A stretch of 64,000 nucleotides of DNA from NCBI GenBank assembly GCA_965204745.1, contig OZ242010.1:1184001-1248000 (forward strand), given 5' to 3'. Position 1 is the stretch's first letter, and each line of letters starts with the position of its first letter. Of the stretch, positions 38,285 to 47,612 are shown piece after piece. Below the pieces are notes generated by a model. That model searched no databases. It was not told the DNA's origin and saw only the letters and a program-made list of their open reading frames with translations. The DNA comes from Candidatus Latescibacterota bacterium. Lineage in GTDB: Bacteria > Latescibacterota > UBA2968. The translations under genes were made by a program, and so were the position numbers.

Positions 38285-39130
38285 TCACAAACTCCACACG
38301 ATCAAGAACGACGCGCCCACATAAGACGCCGCTTCGATGAAGCCCGCGCCCAGGTTGGGGTGTTCTTGGTTGGCGATTTCATCGGTCAACTTTTGCCCGG
38401 GCAGCAAAATCACATCGGCGATGGTGCGGACGATGGGCAACAGAATCAAGCCCGCGACCACCTCAATTGCAAAATCCTGCACATTCACGGCCCAGGAAAT
38501 AAAATTGCCCGCGGATGCGTGGAACACGATCACGCCAATGCCGACCAATGCGCCGGCAAACGCCACGCCTGCCGCGACATTGTCTTGCTCGATCTCATCG
38601 TGGATGCTGTACGGGGTAACCCACTCGTACACCAACCCGGCCAGCACCAGAGCCACTTGGCCCAAGGCCCAGAACGCCACGGTCGTCACAATCCCGCCGA
38701 TCTCGCCCGACACCGCGCCGAAAATCACCAAACCCGTTGCGATGTACGACGCGGCCACGACAACGCCCGTCCCCGCGTTTTGATCGCGGATCAACTCATC
38801 CCGAATTTTGAACCCGTGCAAAATCAACCCGTCGTTGACAAAGCGCGACAGGTTCATCAACACAATCGACAACAATCCGTAAATCCCGATGTCGATCAAA
38901 TCGTTGTCTAGCCCCTGCGATGGGCCGGACAGGGTGCCGCCAATCGCCATCACCAAGCCAAAATAGTAGCCGGCCATCGCCACGCCCAACGCGGCATTGT
39001 CTTTTTCGACCAACTCCTCCCGCACGCGATAGCCCGATGTGGTCAAGTCCTTCACCAACTTGCCGATGTAGAACAGCGCAAACGCGCAAATCAGATAAAT
39101 CCCCGTTGCCATCAAATCTTGTCCGATCAT
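38285..39130 (-). CDS. DUF350 tandem-domain membrane protein
   Basis: Repeated EELVEKDNAALG / DELIRDQNAGTG / DEIEQDNVAAG units. Confidence 0.85.
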   Translation of the reverse strand: MIGQDLMATGIYLICAFALFYIGKLVKDLTTSGYRVREELVEKDNAALGVAMAGYYFGLVMAIGGTLSGPSQGLDNDLIDIGIYGLLSIVLMNLSRFVNDGLILHGFKIRDELIRDQNAGTGVVVAASYIATGLVIFGAVSGEIGGIVTTVAFWALGQVALVLAGLVYEWVTPYSIHDEIEQDNVAAGVAFAGALVGIGVIVFHASAGNFISWAVNVQDFAIEVVAGLILLPIVRTIADVILLPGQKLTDEIANQEHPNLGAGFIEAASYVGASFLIVWSL

Positions 39131-39918
39131 TTTCCAAACCCTCCAGAACTGCGGCTGCCAAATCCAGACCGACTGCGACTCGTTGAACGCGAACTGCTGC
39201 CAAAAGAACTGCGGCTCGTGGAACTCGAACCATAACTGCGGCTCGTCGTGCGCGAACTGCCAAACCCGGTCCGGCTCTGGCTGGTGCGGCTTTGCACCTT
39301 TTGCGCGAACGATTGCTTCTTTTGCGCCACCGCTTGTTTGCGCCGCTCAAACGCGGATGGCTTTTGTCGTTGCGTCACAGACCCTTGCGTGCCGTATTCC
39401 CGATTGCGGCCGTAATACGGCCTGCGGTCGCGGCGATAGGTTCGATAATCGTCGTAATCGTAGCGACTCATGCCAAACCCGCCGCCCCAACCGAGCAAAT
39501 TCCGCATCAGCGCGTATTGCCCGTAAAATTCCCAGAATGACGTGCCCCCGCGATCCACCCAGCGCCCATAGTTCTGATTGCCCACATAGTGGTATCCGGG
39601 CGGATGCGGCGTATCGTTCACGCCGTCTTTCTCGGATTTCGCCACCAGCGCCATGCCCAAAAACGGTTCGTACTTTTTGTAAATGGCCTCCGACACCTCC
39701 AGCCAGTCCGTCTGCACCTTCTTCTCGCCCTGCGTAATCAAATACCGGTGATAGTACTTGGTGAAAATCGAGCCTTCCTCCCGCATATCGTCCAACACGA
39801 TCATATACGCCGGCGCAGAGGCCAATGACCGTTGCATCTCGACGACCGGATCGCGTTCCCCCCCACAGCCGCACAACAACAGGCCGATCAGCAAGACCGG
39901 CAATCTTCCGTGCATCAT
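39127..39918 (-). CDS. Lipoprotein with Ser/Arg/Gly-rich disordered tail
   Basis: LLCGC lipobox, PPGYHYVGN, SFWEFYGQY, tail ...SRSSGGFGK. Confidence 0.8.
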   Translation of the reverse strand: MMHGRLPVLLIGLLLCGCGGERDPVVEMQRSLASAPAYMIVLDDMREEGSIFTKYYHRYLITQGEKKVQTDWLEVSEAIYKKYEPFLGMALVAKSEKDGVNDTPHPPGYHYVGNQNYGRWVDRGGTSFWEFYGQYALMRNLLGWGGGFGMSRYDYDDYRTYRRDRRPYYGRNREYGTQGSVTQRQKPSAFERRKQAVAQKKQSFAQKVQSRTSQSRTGFGSSRTTSRSYGSSSTSRSSFGSSSRSTSRSRSGFGSRSSGGFGK

Positions 39919-40029
39919 AGCTTCCTCCTTTGAAAATGAGAATTAGCGGTTAGCCTATTTTTTTGAACGGGATTGAAACTCCCGCGTCTTCGTCCGGGCA
40001 CGGGGCACCGCCCTTACGTTTTATCCGCG

Positions 40030-40578
40030 TCATTTCATCTGGGCATCGAAAATCGCGCCCGATGCGCGGTCTCGGTCTTTGAGGCGGACGAAGTAGGATT
40101 TTTCGTGGCCTTCTGCGGAAAGTGCCAGCACGTCGTGCGTCGTTGCGGCGGTTGCATCGCGCTGTTGTTCCAAGTGCCAGATCATCACGTACTCGGTTCC
40201 CGGGTCGCGTTGCCATGGCACTAACTGGTCTATGTCGATGAGTTTTCGGGGTTCTGCCCCGCTGAAGTCCGCGCCGGTGGCCGTATGCACGGTGAACTTG
40301 ATCTGCTCGTTTCGCGGGTCGTAAGCCACCTGGCCCTTTTCCACAAAATTGCGCTGGATGTGCGGCTCCATCATCGTCAGGGAATACGTGCTGTCGCCGA
40401 GCACGAGAATGGTGATTTCCTCGTCCACATCATCGGGGGTTCGCATCCCGGTTTCGCTGCCCGCATACATGAACCAAGTGCCCAGGGGCGCATCCAATTT
40501 TTGAGGTGCCTGCTCGACTTTTTCCTCGGCGCATCCGACGAGGAAACACAACCATACCGCGCAAATCATGCGTTTCAT
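40030..40578 (-). CDS. Hypothetical lipoprotein
   Basis: MKRMICAVWLCFLVGC lipobox, RBS GGAGG. Confidence 0.7.
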   Translation of the reverse strand: MKRMICAVWLCFLVGCAEEKVEQAPQKLDAPLGTWFMYAGSETGMRTPDDVDEEITILVLGDSTYSLTMMEPHIQRNFVEKGQVAYDPRNEQIKFTVHTATGADFSGAEPRKLIDIDQLVPWQRDPGTEYVMIWHLEQQRDATAATTHDVLALSAEGHEKSYFVRLKDRDRASGAIFDAQMK

Positions 40579-40594
40579 ACGCCCTCCAAACAAT

Positions 40595-40636
40595 AAAAGC
40601 GGCCCGAACAAAATCGTTGGGCCGCTCGTTTTTTTT
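40595..40636. terminator. Hairpin terminator after dnaJ (possibly bidirectional)
   Basis: AAAAGCGGCCC...GGGCCGCT flanked by A and T tracts. Confidence 0.6.
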
Positions 40637-40642
40637 CTAAAC

Positions 40643-41797
40643 CTACCCACCCAATGCTTCTTTCACGCGCTCGAAAAACCCCTTGCCCCCCTCGGGCGGC
40701 TGTGCGTTTTTCAATTTCTCGAGTTGGCGAAACAGGGCCTCTTCTTGCCGGTTCAATTTGGTCGGCGTCCAGACCACCACGCGCACGAGTTGGTCGCCCG
40801 TGCCATAGCCCTCCAGTTCGGGAATGCCCTTGCCGCGCAATCTGAAGATGCGCCCGGATTGCGTGCCCGGAGGGATTTTCATGCTCACGCGCCCGGTCAG
40901 GGTGGGCACTTCGATGTCCGCGCCTAGGGCCGCTTGGCTGAAACTGATGGGCAGGTCATAGACGATGTCATTGTTGCGGCGTTCAAAATGGCTGTGCTCT
41001 CTTTCTTCGATGAAGACCATACAATCGCCCGCAGGCCCGGCATTTGGCCCGGCATTGCCCTGCCCGCGCAAGGGAATGTAATTGCCCTCGGACACGCCGG
41101 CCGGGATGTTGACCGACAGGGTCTCCTGCTTTTTGACGCGGCCCTGCCCGTGGCAACTGTTGCACTGCTCGCGCACCATTTTCCCCGCGCCATTGCACTG
41201 CGGGCAGGTCGTGACATTGACGAATTGCCCAAACAAGGACCGCGTGGCCTGTCGAATTTGCCCCGCGCCGCCGCACATGCCACACGGCACGGGCATGCTA
41301 CCCGGCTTCGCGCCATCGCCGCCGCACGTATCGCAGGTTGCCAAGCGCGACAGGCGAATGGTTTTTTGCGCGCCTTCGGCAATTTCCTCTAAGGTCAAAT
41401 GGACCGACACCTTGAGGTCTTCGCCGCGGTTTGACCGCCTCGGTTTGCGGCGGCCCAGCAAATCGCCGAAAATGCCCCCGCCAAAGATCTCATCGAGGTT
41501 GGAAAAAATATCTTGAAAATCGCCGGCGTGCGAAAAATCGGACCACTGAAAGCCCCCGCCGCGAAAGGTACTGCTGATGCCATCGTGCCCAAATCGGTCG
41601 TAGGCTTGTCGCTTCTGGGGATCCATCAGCACTTCGTACGCCTCGGCGCCTTCTTTGAACTGCTCCTCGGCCGCGGGATTGTTCTTGTTGCGGTCCGGAT
41701 GGTATTTCAAGGCGTGTTTGCGATACGCCTTTTTGATGTCGTCTTCAGAGGCGTTGCGATTCACGCCCAAGACTTCGTAATAATCTCGTTTTGCCAT
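40643..41797 (-). CDS. dnaJ: Chaperone DnaJ
   Basis: [14 protein letters not shown], four CxxCxGxG repeats. Confidence 0.97.
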   Translation of the reverse strand: MAKRDYYEVLGVNRNASEDDIKKAYRKHALKYHPDRNKNNPAAEEQFKEGAEAYEVLMDPQKRQAYDRFGHDGISSTFRGGGFQWSDFSHAGDFQDIFSNLDEIFGGGIFGDLLGRRKPRRSNRGEDLKVSVHLTLEEIAEGAQKTIRLSRLATCDTCGGDGAKPGSMPVPCGMCGGAGQIRQATRSLFGQFVNVTTCPQCNGAGKMVREQCNSCHGQGRVKKQETLSVNIPAGVSEGNYIPLRGQGNAGPNAGPAGDCMVFIEEREHSHFERRNNDIVYDLPISFSQAALGADIEVPTLTGRVSMKIPPGTQSGRIFRLRGKGIPELEGYGTGDQLVRVVVWTPTKLNRQEEALFRQLEKLKNAQPPEGGKGFFERVKEALGG

Positions 41798-41816
41798 GTA
41801 CCTTTCCCGGTTTTGC

Positions 41817-42482
41817 CTAACCCTCGGCGTCGGTTGCGGCCGCTGGTTTGCCTTGGCTGACCACCACTTTGGCCGGGCGCAGCACTTTGTCGCCCAGGCG
41901 ATATCCCTTTTCAATCACATCGGCAACAATGCCCGCGTCGTAGGTTTCCGATGGGATTTGCATCAATGCCTCGTGAACGGTCGGATCAAAGGGGGTGCCG
42001 ACGGTGTCGATCTCGTTGAGATTGCGGTTGTAGAGCACGCGCGGAAATTGCTCCATGATCATTTTCACGCCTTCTTGAAACCCCTCTGACTCGGTGTCCC
42101 CGTTTTCGCCGTGCGCCAATGCGCGATCCACGCTGTCCAAGATGGGCAACAAATCGCGGATGATGTCTTCGCCGGCAGATGCGATGAGCATCTCAAATTC
42201 TCGCGCCCTGCGCTTTTTGTAATTGTCAAATTCCGCTGCGAGGCGCATCCACCGTTCTTTGTACATTTCGGCTTCTTCACGCGCCAAGAACAAGGGGGTG
42301 AGTTCTATGGTCTCCGTTGAGGTATCCGGCTCATCGGCCTCCTGTTCGGCGTTTGCGACTTTTGCATCTGCCGAGACTGCTTCTTTTTTAGAAGGCGCGG
42401 ATGGATGGGCTTCCCCATTTTCGGGTGTTGCGACTTCTGCCTCTGCCGAGACTTCTTCCTGCGGTGTTTCTCGTTTTGCCAT
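41817..42482 (-). CDS. grpE: Nucleotide exchange factor GrpE
   Basis: [33 protein letters not shown]. Confidence 0.95.
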   Translation of the reverse strand: MAKRETPQEEVSAEAEVATPENGEAHPSAPSKKEAVSADAKVANAEQEADEPDTSTETIELTPLFLAREEAEMYKERWMRLAAEFDNYKKRRAREFEMLIASAGEDIIRDLLPILDSVDRALAHGENGDTESEGFQEGVKMIMEQFPRVLYNRNLNEIDTVGTPFDPTVHEALMQIPSETYDAGIVADVIEKGYRLGDKVLRPAKVVVSQGKPAAATDAEG

Positions 42483-42500
42483 AAGTATTTGACAACTCCT

Positions 42501-43520
42501 TTATTTTTGGGCCAACATCTCTTCCGTCAAATTTGCCACGTATTGCACCAAGGGCACGAGCCTGCCGTAAGGCAAGCGCGTTGGGCCGATGATCCCGATC
42601 ACGCCGGAGACATTGCCTACCGAATACGTGGAGGTGAGCAGGCTACAATTTTTGAGCTCGGGCGATTCGTGTTCATCGCCGATTGTGATGAACGTGCCCG
42701 GCGCGCGGTCGCTCAATAAGTGCGCCACATGTTCGCGGGCTTCTAGCATGCCGATGAGCGCGGCCAAGCGGTCATTGGAAAAATCGGGCTGATCGAAAAA
42801 GTTGCGCGTGCCGTCCATGTGCAGGTCCGAGACACTCGAAAACCGGAAGAGATGATCCGCGCTGTTGGCGAACAAGCGCAACAACTTGGGCGACCCAGAC
42901 GATGCGGACTCGAGGCGTTCTTTGACAGACGCCATAATTTCGCCCACTGTGAGTCCCGAAAGCCGCTCGTTGACCACGCGCTGCGTGGCGGCCAATTCGG
43001 CATCTTCGATTGCCCAGTTGATTTCCACGATCATCGTTTTGACCAACCCGGACCGAATGGACAGCACCATCAGCAACTTGGATTCGCTCAACTTGAACAC
43101 TTCCATGCGCTCGAAAATACCCTGGGCAAATTGAGGGCCGAGCGCGAGGCCGAGGTTGTGCGAAACATCGGCCAAAACTTTGGACACCTGTACGAGCAAA
43201 TCCTCGGCATTGCCCGCGCGCAACCGCTCGACACTTTTGCGAATAGACCGCTGCACGGCCTCGGCGAGTTCTTCTCGGTTCATCAGCGTATCCACATAGT
43301 AGCGATAGCCCTTGTCGCTGGGCACTCTGCCCGCGGATGTATGAGGCTGGTGCAAATAGCCCTTTTCCTCGAGATCGGCCATCGAGTTCCGGATGGTTGC
43401 CGCGCTGAGTCCCAAGTCCATGTTGGAGATGGTGCGCGACCCCACCGGCTCGCCTGTGGTGACGTAGATGCCGATCAAAATGTCGAGAATCGCCATTTCT
43501 CGCTGTGTCAGTTCGGCCAT
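42501..43520 (-). CDS. hrcA: Heat-inducible transcription repressor HrcA
   Basis: PVGSR, SAATIRN, PHTSAGRVPSDKGYRYYVD, IIGPTR. Confidence 0.95.
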   Translation of the reverse strand: MAELTQREMAILDILIGIYVTTGEPVGSRTISNMDLGLSAATIRNSMADLEEKGYLHQPHTSAGRVPSDKGYRYYVDTLMNREELAEAVQRSIRKSVERLRAGNAEDLLVQVSKVLADVSHNLGLALGPQFAQGIFERMEVFKLSESKLLMVLSIRSGLVKTMIVEINWAIEDAELAATQRVVNERLSGLTVGEIMASVKERLESASSGSPKLLRLFANSADHLFRFSSVSDLHMDGTRNFFDQPDFSNDRLAALIGMLEAREHVAHLLSDRAPGTFITIGDEHESPELKNCSLLTSTYSVGNVSGVIGIIGPTRLPYGRLVPLVQYVANLTEEMLAQK

Positions 43521-43534
43521 AGCATATACCTTTT

Positions 43535-43612
43535 GGACCTACCCCCTAACCCCGTTAGTCGCGCCGCGCATTGTAAGGCGGGGAATAACTCCGCCCGCCT
43601 CGGGGAGGGGTC
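43535..43612. repeat. REP-like palindrome carrying a variant internal module
   Basis: GGACCTACCCCCTAACCCC-GTTAGTCGC...-CCTCGGGGAGGGG, related to 56460-56535. Confidence 0.55.
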
Positions 43613-43616
43613 ACGC

Positions 43617-45371
43617 CTAATTCCCAAAGTTAGCGGCAAAGAGCAGGAAATCGGAGAAATTAACCTCATTATCGTTATTCAAATCGGCCTTGGGATTGTA
43701 GCCCGCATCGCCCACGCCCTTGCCAAAGGCCGCGGCAAAGAGCAGGAAGTCGGCGAAGTTAACCTCATCATCGCCATTCAAATCGCCAATGATGGCAGAC
43801 GCTGAATGGCGCAGGACGATCAATGCTTGAATCGCGCCAGCGGAACCGGAGAATCCGAGAATGGAGACCGTATCCCCTGCCATAAGTTGGTTAAAAGAGA
43901 AAAAGCCAATGCCAGGAATCATGCCCTGATCAAAAAGGCGCGACAAGATCTCATTGGGATCATTCGATGCGTCAGTTGTCGTGGCAAACAACGTTCCGAT
44001 GGAAGTGGTATCCCCCGGCGTTGCAACGGTTACAGACACGGTCACCTCTCGACCATCGCTTTGAACGAAAAACCGATTGTTATCAGCGTCTATGCGCTCA
44101 ACGCGCACCTTTTGAATACTGCTCTCTTCTAACTCGATCTCCGACTCCGATTGTAGCGCGACTTGCAAACCGGTCACGCTCGCACCATTCGCGACGCGAA
44201 TCAAGTTGGCGGAGTCAATTGTCCCCGTTGCATCGAGGCCCACAACAGCGGATAGATCGACCACATCTCCCTCTGCACCAACCGCACTTTGATTCAAACT
44301 CAAGATATAAGATCCATCGGGCACATGTTTCAATTCAAACGCCAGTTGTTCTGGGAGTGATTCGAGGCTACCGAAATGGGAAATGCGAACAATGGTCGCC
44401 AGTCCCCCTTCTATGAGTTGGCCGAAGAATTGGCCCAGGGGCAGGTCATCACTGTCATCTACCACAGCTAGAAGATCTGAATACGCTTCGGAATCTATCA
44501 GCACAGCCAAACCCGGACCCGGTTCATCGCTCAACGCAAAGCCCTCGGGCAACATCGCCATCCCGGAAACAACGGCATCTGACAATGCCACCGTGCCAAA
44601 AAAGTACTGTTGCGACGCGGACGGATTGCCAATGATTAGCTGATAGGTCGCATTTTCCGGCAAATTGAGGGTTACTGTGAAGGTCATCTTGTCGTCGCTG
44701 ACCGCCCAGTTGGAGGCCGTTGTCATCAATGCCGTGGGGTAGATCATCACCTGCGTGTTGACGAGTTCAATGCCCCCACTGGCTTCACTGGGCATTATGT
44801 CCGTGCCAGATCCGGGGTCGGATCCCGAGGAGCTATCGGTCTTTGACACGACTAAGGGCGCGTCGAAGTTGATTGAAAGTGTTTGCATCCCTGTCGGCAC
44901 GGGTGGATTTTTCACGTCTGCGTCGATGGTCATGTTGCCGATCATCACCGAAGTTGCCCGGGGTGCTTTATCTCCGGGCAGTTGTGCGAAATCATTGCGA
45001 TCGCCGGGATTTGTCACCTTAATGTTCGGATCGGGTGTGAAATTGCCACCCTGTGTGAAAGCGCCACCCGGGTCGCCTAATTCTCGACCATTGGACACGC
45101 CATCGCCATCGGAGTCGAGCATTGCGAGCGCGGCATTCCAATCGACGCTACCACTTCTGCCACTCGGATTCAGATAATTTTGGTTGATCTCAGTGCCAAA
45201 AGGGGTCAGCGCACCACCCCCGCTTGGATTTACATGACACGAGGCACAGCGAAATTCGCTGCCATTTGGAATTTGACCGACGCGAGCAGGGCGCGCATCG
45301 ACCAGTCCACTCCATCCGAAACAGGCGATAGTCAGGACAGCCAGCAACCTGCAAGCATTGAACCGCGACAT
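43617..45371 (-). CDS. Secreted protein: temptin-like/CxxCH N-terminal domain, beta-rich middle, dockerin/EF-hand-like C-terminus
   Basis: Signal peptide; IPNG..CASCH..GGGALTPFG..W..LDSDGDGVSNGRELGDP; two DLNxDxEVNFxDFLLFA repeats. Confidence 0.8.
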   Translation of the reverse strand: MSRFNACRLLAVLTIACFGWSGLVDARPARVGQIPNGSEFRCASCHVNPSGGGALTPFGTEINQNYLNPSGRSGSVDWNAALAMLDSDGDGVSNGRELGDPGGAFTQGGNFTPDPNIKVTNPGDRNDFAQLPGDKAPRATSVMIGNMTIDADVKNPPVPTGMQTLSINFDAPLVVSKTDSSSGSDPGSGTDIMPSEASGGIELVNTQVMIYPTALMTTASNWAVSDDKMTFTVTLNLPENATYQLIIGNPSASQQYFFGTVALSDAVVSGMAMLPEGFALSDEPGPGLAVLIDSEAYSDLLAVVDDSDDLPLGQFFGQLIEGGLATIVRISHFGSLESLPEQLAFELKHVPDGSYILSLNQSAVGAEGDVVDLSAVVGLDATGTIDSANLIRVANGASVTGLQVALQSESEIELEESSIQKVRVERIDADNNRFFVQSDGREVTVSVTVATPGDTTSIGTLFATTTDASNDPNEILSRLFDQGMIPGIGFFSFNQLMAGDTVSILGFSGSAGAIQALIVLRHSASAIIGDLNGDDEVNFADFLLFAAAFGKGVGDAGYNPKADLNNDNEVNFSDFLLFAANFGN

Positions 45372-45517
45372 AATACCCTCCTTAAAAATGTGGTGGATGA
45401 TGGCCTCTGCCCCTACCCGTTGCCAATTCACAGCACTTCGTTGTGGGCTTACGACGAGCGTGTAACGGGGGTAGCGTCTCCTAAATAGGATTTACAACCT
45501 CGCGCTTTGTTCCCAAA

Positions 45518-45546
45518 AGTATAGAGTATTTTGGCGCGAAAAACAA
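45518..45546 (-). promoter_or_regulatory. Putative sigma70 promoter for 43617-45371
   Basis: TTGTTT-17 bp-TATACT on the minus strand. Confidence 0.45.
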
Positions 45547-45617
45547 TCGCTTTTTCAAAAATAAAAAATTGTCTTGCAACTTCCACAAAAATGCCTATAA
45601 TAAACCCCGACAAAAAT

Positions 45618-45680
45618 GAGATGGAAGTTTAGCCACAAGCGGGGTACAACTGGACGACAACCCGCTCAAAGGCACAAATA
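45618..45680. repeat. GAGATGGAAGTTTAGCCACAA repeat with inserted hairpin
   Basis: Unfilled versions at ~56212-56250 and ~60184-60220 (minus strand). Confidence 0.65.
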
Positions 45681-45833
45681 AGCAGGTGCTCTGCAAGCGG
45701 CGAGCAAACGAGACGCCAAACGACGAGTCGCTTGGCTAAGCATGCAATTCCAAGATCGGTATCCCAAACTGGACCGGTTCCTGCACCACTTGGCCTTTTC
45801 CGCTCATAACAGCGAAAGAGGATACACATACTC

Positions 45834-47339
45834 ATGGCGAACACCGAGACGCACGGCGAGAAGCTAACCCAAGGCACCTCCCCGAAAGTTCAGTCTAAAC
45901 TCGTCGCGCTGTTCAACAGGGCATCGCTACCTCTGTTCGTGATTGCACTGGTGTTAGCGGCATTCGCAGGTGGCGTGCATGTGGGAAAAGAAAAGGTATT
46001 TCCGTACGACCTTTTAATATCTGCCTATAAGACCAGTAAAACGCTGTTTGCAGTGCATGTGGAAGATGAGGTCTTCCCCGTATTCCATGGAATGGAGTTT
46101 GAGGATATCAGTCCCGACAGTGTGGAAGCGCGTCGCTTTGAGTTCCTCGGTGCCGATACCCTCGCCGACCCGATCCTCGTTTCGGGAGGGCTGGAGTTTT
46201 TCACCGAGTATTGTCCCAACGCCCGAGGATGCCTCGCGGTCGAGTTCGGCGGCCGAGGGGAAGTGAGGCATGCCTATCCGTACCGTCCCGATGAGTTCGA
46301 GAATGTGCCCTTCAGCGTCGACTTTCCCTACGAGCAGGTGCCCGGGTTCCAGTTTCCTTTTTTTTCGAAACCCCGTGGTATATCCCGGTATTCAAATGGC
46401 GACCTGTTGGTTGTTTTTTGGTTCCGCCATAGTTTTCCATTCGGCGGTGGCGTGGCACGAGTCAACCGCGATGGTCATGTGATCTGGTACCGCCGGGACT
46501 ATAGCCGTCATGTGCCGTATATAACCGATGGTGCTATTGCTTTGGTCCCAAGCCTGAGGATTGGCGAAGGGCCAATCGAATTCAAGACCAAAAATGGACA
46601 AACACACCATTTGACTTCAACTAAAAAGCAAAAGTACTATAATGATTTCGTACACATCATTGACGGGAAAGGGCGGCTTCTCAAAGCTATTTCCGTACTT
46701 GACGCGCTCCTCGAATCCCCGTATGCACCGTTTTTGTATGACGCGCTCAGCAATCCGACGCATCTCAATCCGACGCATCTCAACTTTGTCCATCAACTGC
46801 GGGAAGATGCCGGTGGTGCGAAGGGCATCGCGCCGGGCGACCTCGTGGTTTCTCTGCGAAATCTAAGCGCGTTCGGTATTCTAGATGGTCAAAGCCATCG
46901 GTTAAAAAAGTTGGTGCGCGGCGGATTCGTTCGGCAACACAGCGTCACGCATCTCGAAGAGGCCAAGTTCCTCATGTTTGACAACTGGGGCGGCGATGGC
47001 GTGCATGGCCCGTCTCGATTGCTCATGGTTGATTTAGCGGATGGCGATGAGACCACCATTTTTCCAAATGATAGGACTCCCGAACATCTGCGAGATATGT
47101 TTTCAGATATAGAAGGGCATATTTCCATTTCTCAGGACCGTCGTCGAGTTATCGTTGCATACTCCCTAGCAAATACCGCGGTTGAAGTTCGGCTTGCCGA
47201 CGGTGCGGTGCTCTCCGCGTTCACCAATTTACACGATATGTCGCACTTGAATACGTTGCCCGATGAGAGAAAGACCAAGGCAGTACGGCACAGGATACAC
47301 AGCATAAAATACATTGACAGTAATGGCGTGAGCAGATGA
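45834..47339 (+). CDS. Arylsulfotransferase (ASST)-like beta-propeller protein
   Basis: N-terminal TM anchor, HLNFV, LVVSLRNLS, RQHSV, MFDN. Confidence 0.8.
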   Translation: MANTETHGEKLTQGTSPKVQSKLVALFNRASLPLFVIALVLAAFAGGVHVGKEKVFPYDLLISAYKTSKTLFAVHVEDEVFPVFHGMEFEDISPDSVEARRFEFLGADTLADPILVSGGLEFFTEYCPNARGCLAVEFGGRGEVRHAYPYRPDEFENVPFSVDFPYEQVPGFQFPFFSKPRGISRYSNGDLLVVFWFRHSFPFGGGVARVNRDGHVIWYRRDYSRHVPYITDGAIALVPSLRIGEGPIEFKTKNGQTHHLTSTKKQKYYNDFVHIIDGKGRLLKAISVLDALLESPYAPFLYDALSNPTHLNPTHLNFVHQLREDAGGAKGIAPGDLVVSLRNLSAFGILDGQSHRLKKLVRGGFVRQHSVTHLEEAKFLMFDNWGGDGVHGPSRLLMVDLADGDETTIFPNDRTPEHLRDMFSDIEGHISISQDRRRVIVAYSLANTAVEVRLADGAVLSAFTNLHDMSHLNTLPDERKTKAVRHRIHSIKYIDSNGVSR

Positions 47340-47612
47340 TCGTTAAAACGACCACAAAACTCGCCAGCGGCGCCATGCTTTTGGGCAACGAGACTTCAGA
47401 TGGCAAGTTAACGTCGTCGTTTGGCTTAGTCAGTGGTCAGTCCTCACCCATCCGCCACCCTTCGTCAGTCATGCAAAATAAAATCACTTCAGCTTTAACG
47501 TTGCAAAAAACGCCGTCTATATTCCCGTCGATTTGCAGGGTCGGCACGCCTTGTCGATCCGTTGCATATCACTTCCAACAGGCCACTTTTCTCACAATGA
47601 AAGGAGCAGAAT

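Noticed and set aside
47540-47570. Sigma54 promoter for glnA (CGGCACG...TTGCA)
   Set aside because: The GG-to-GC spacing does not fit the strict -24/-12 geometry
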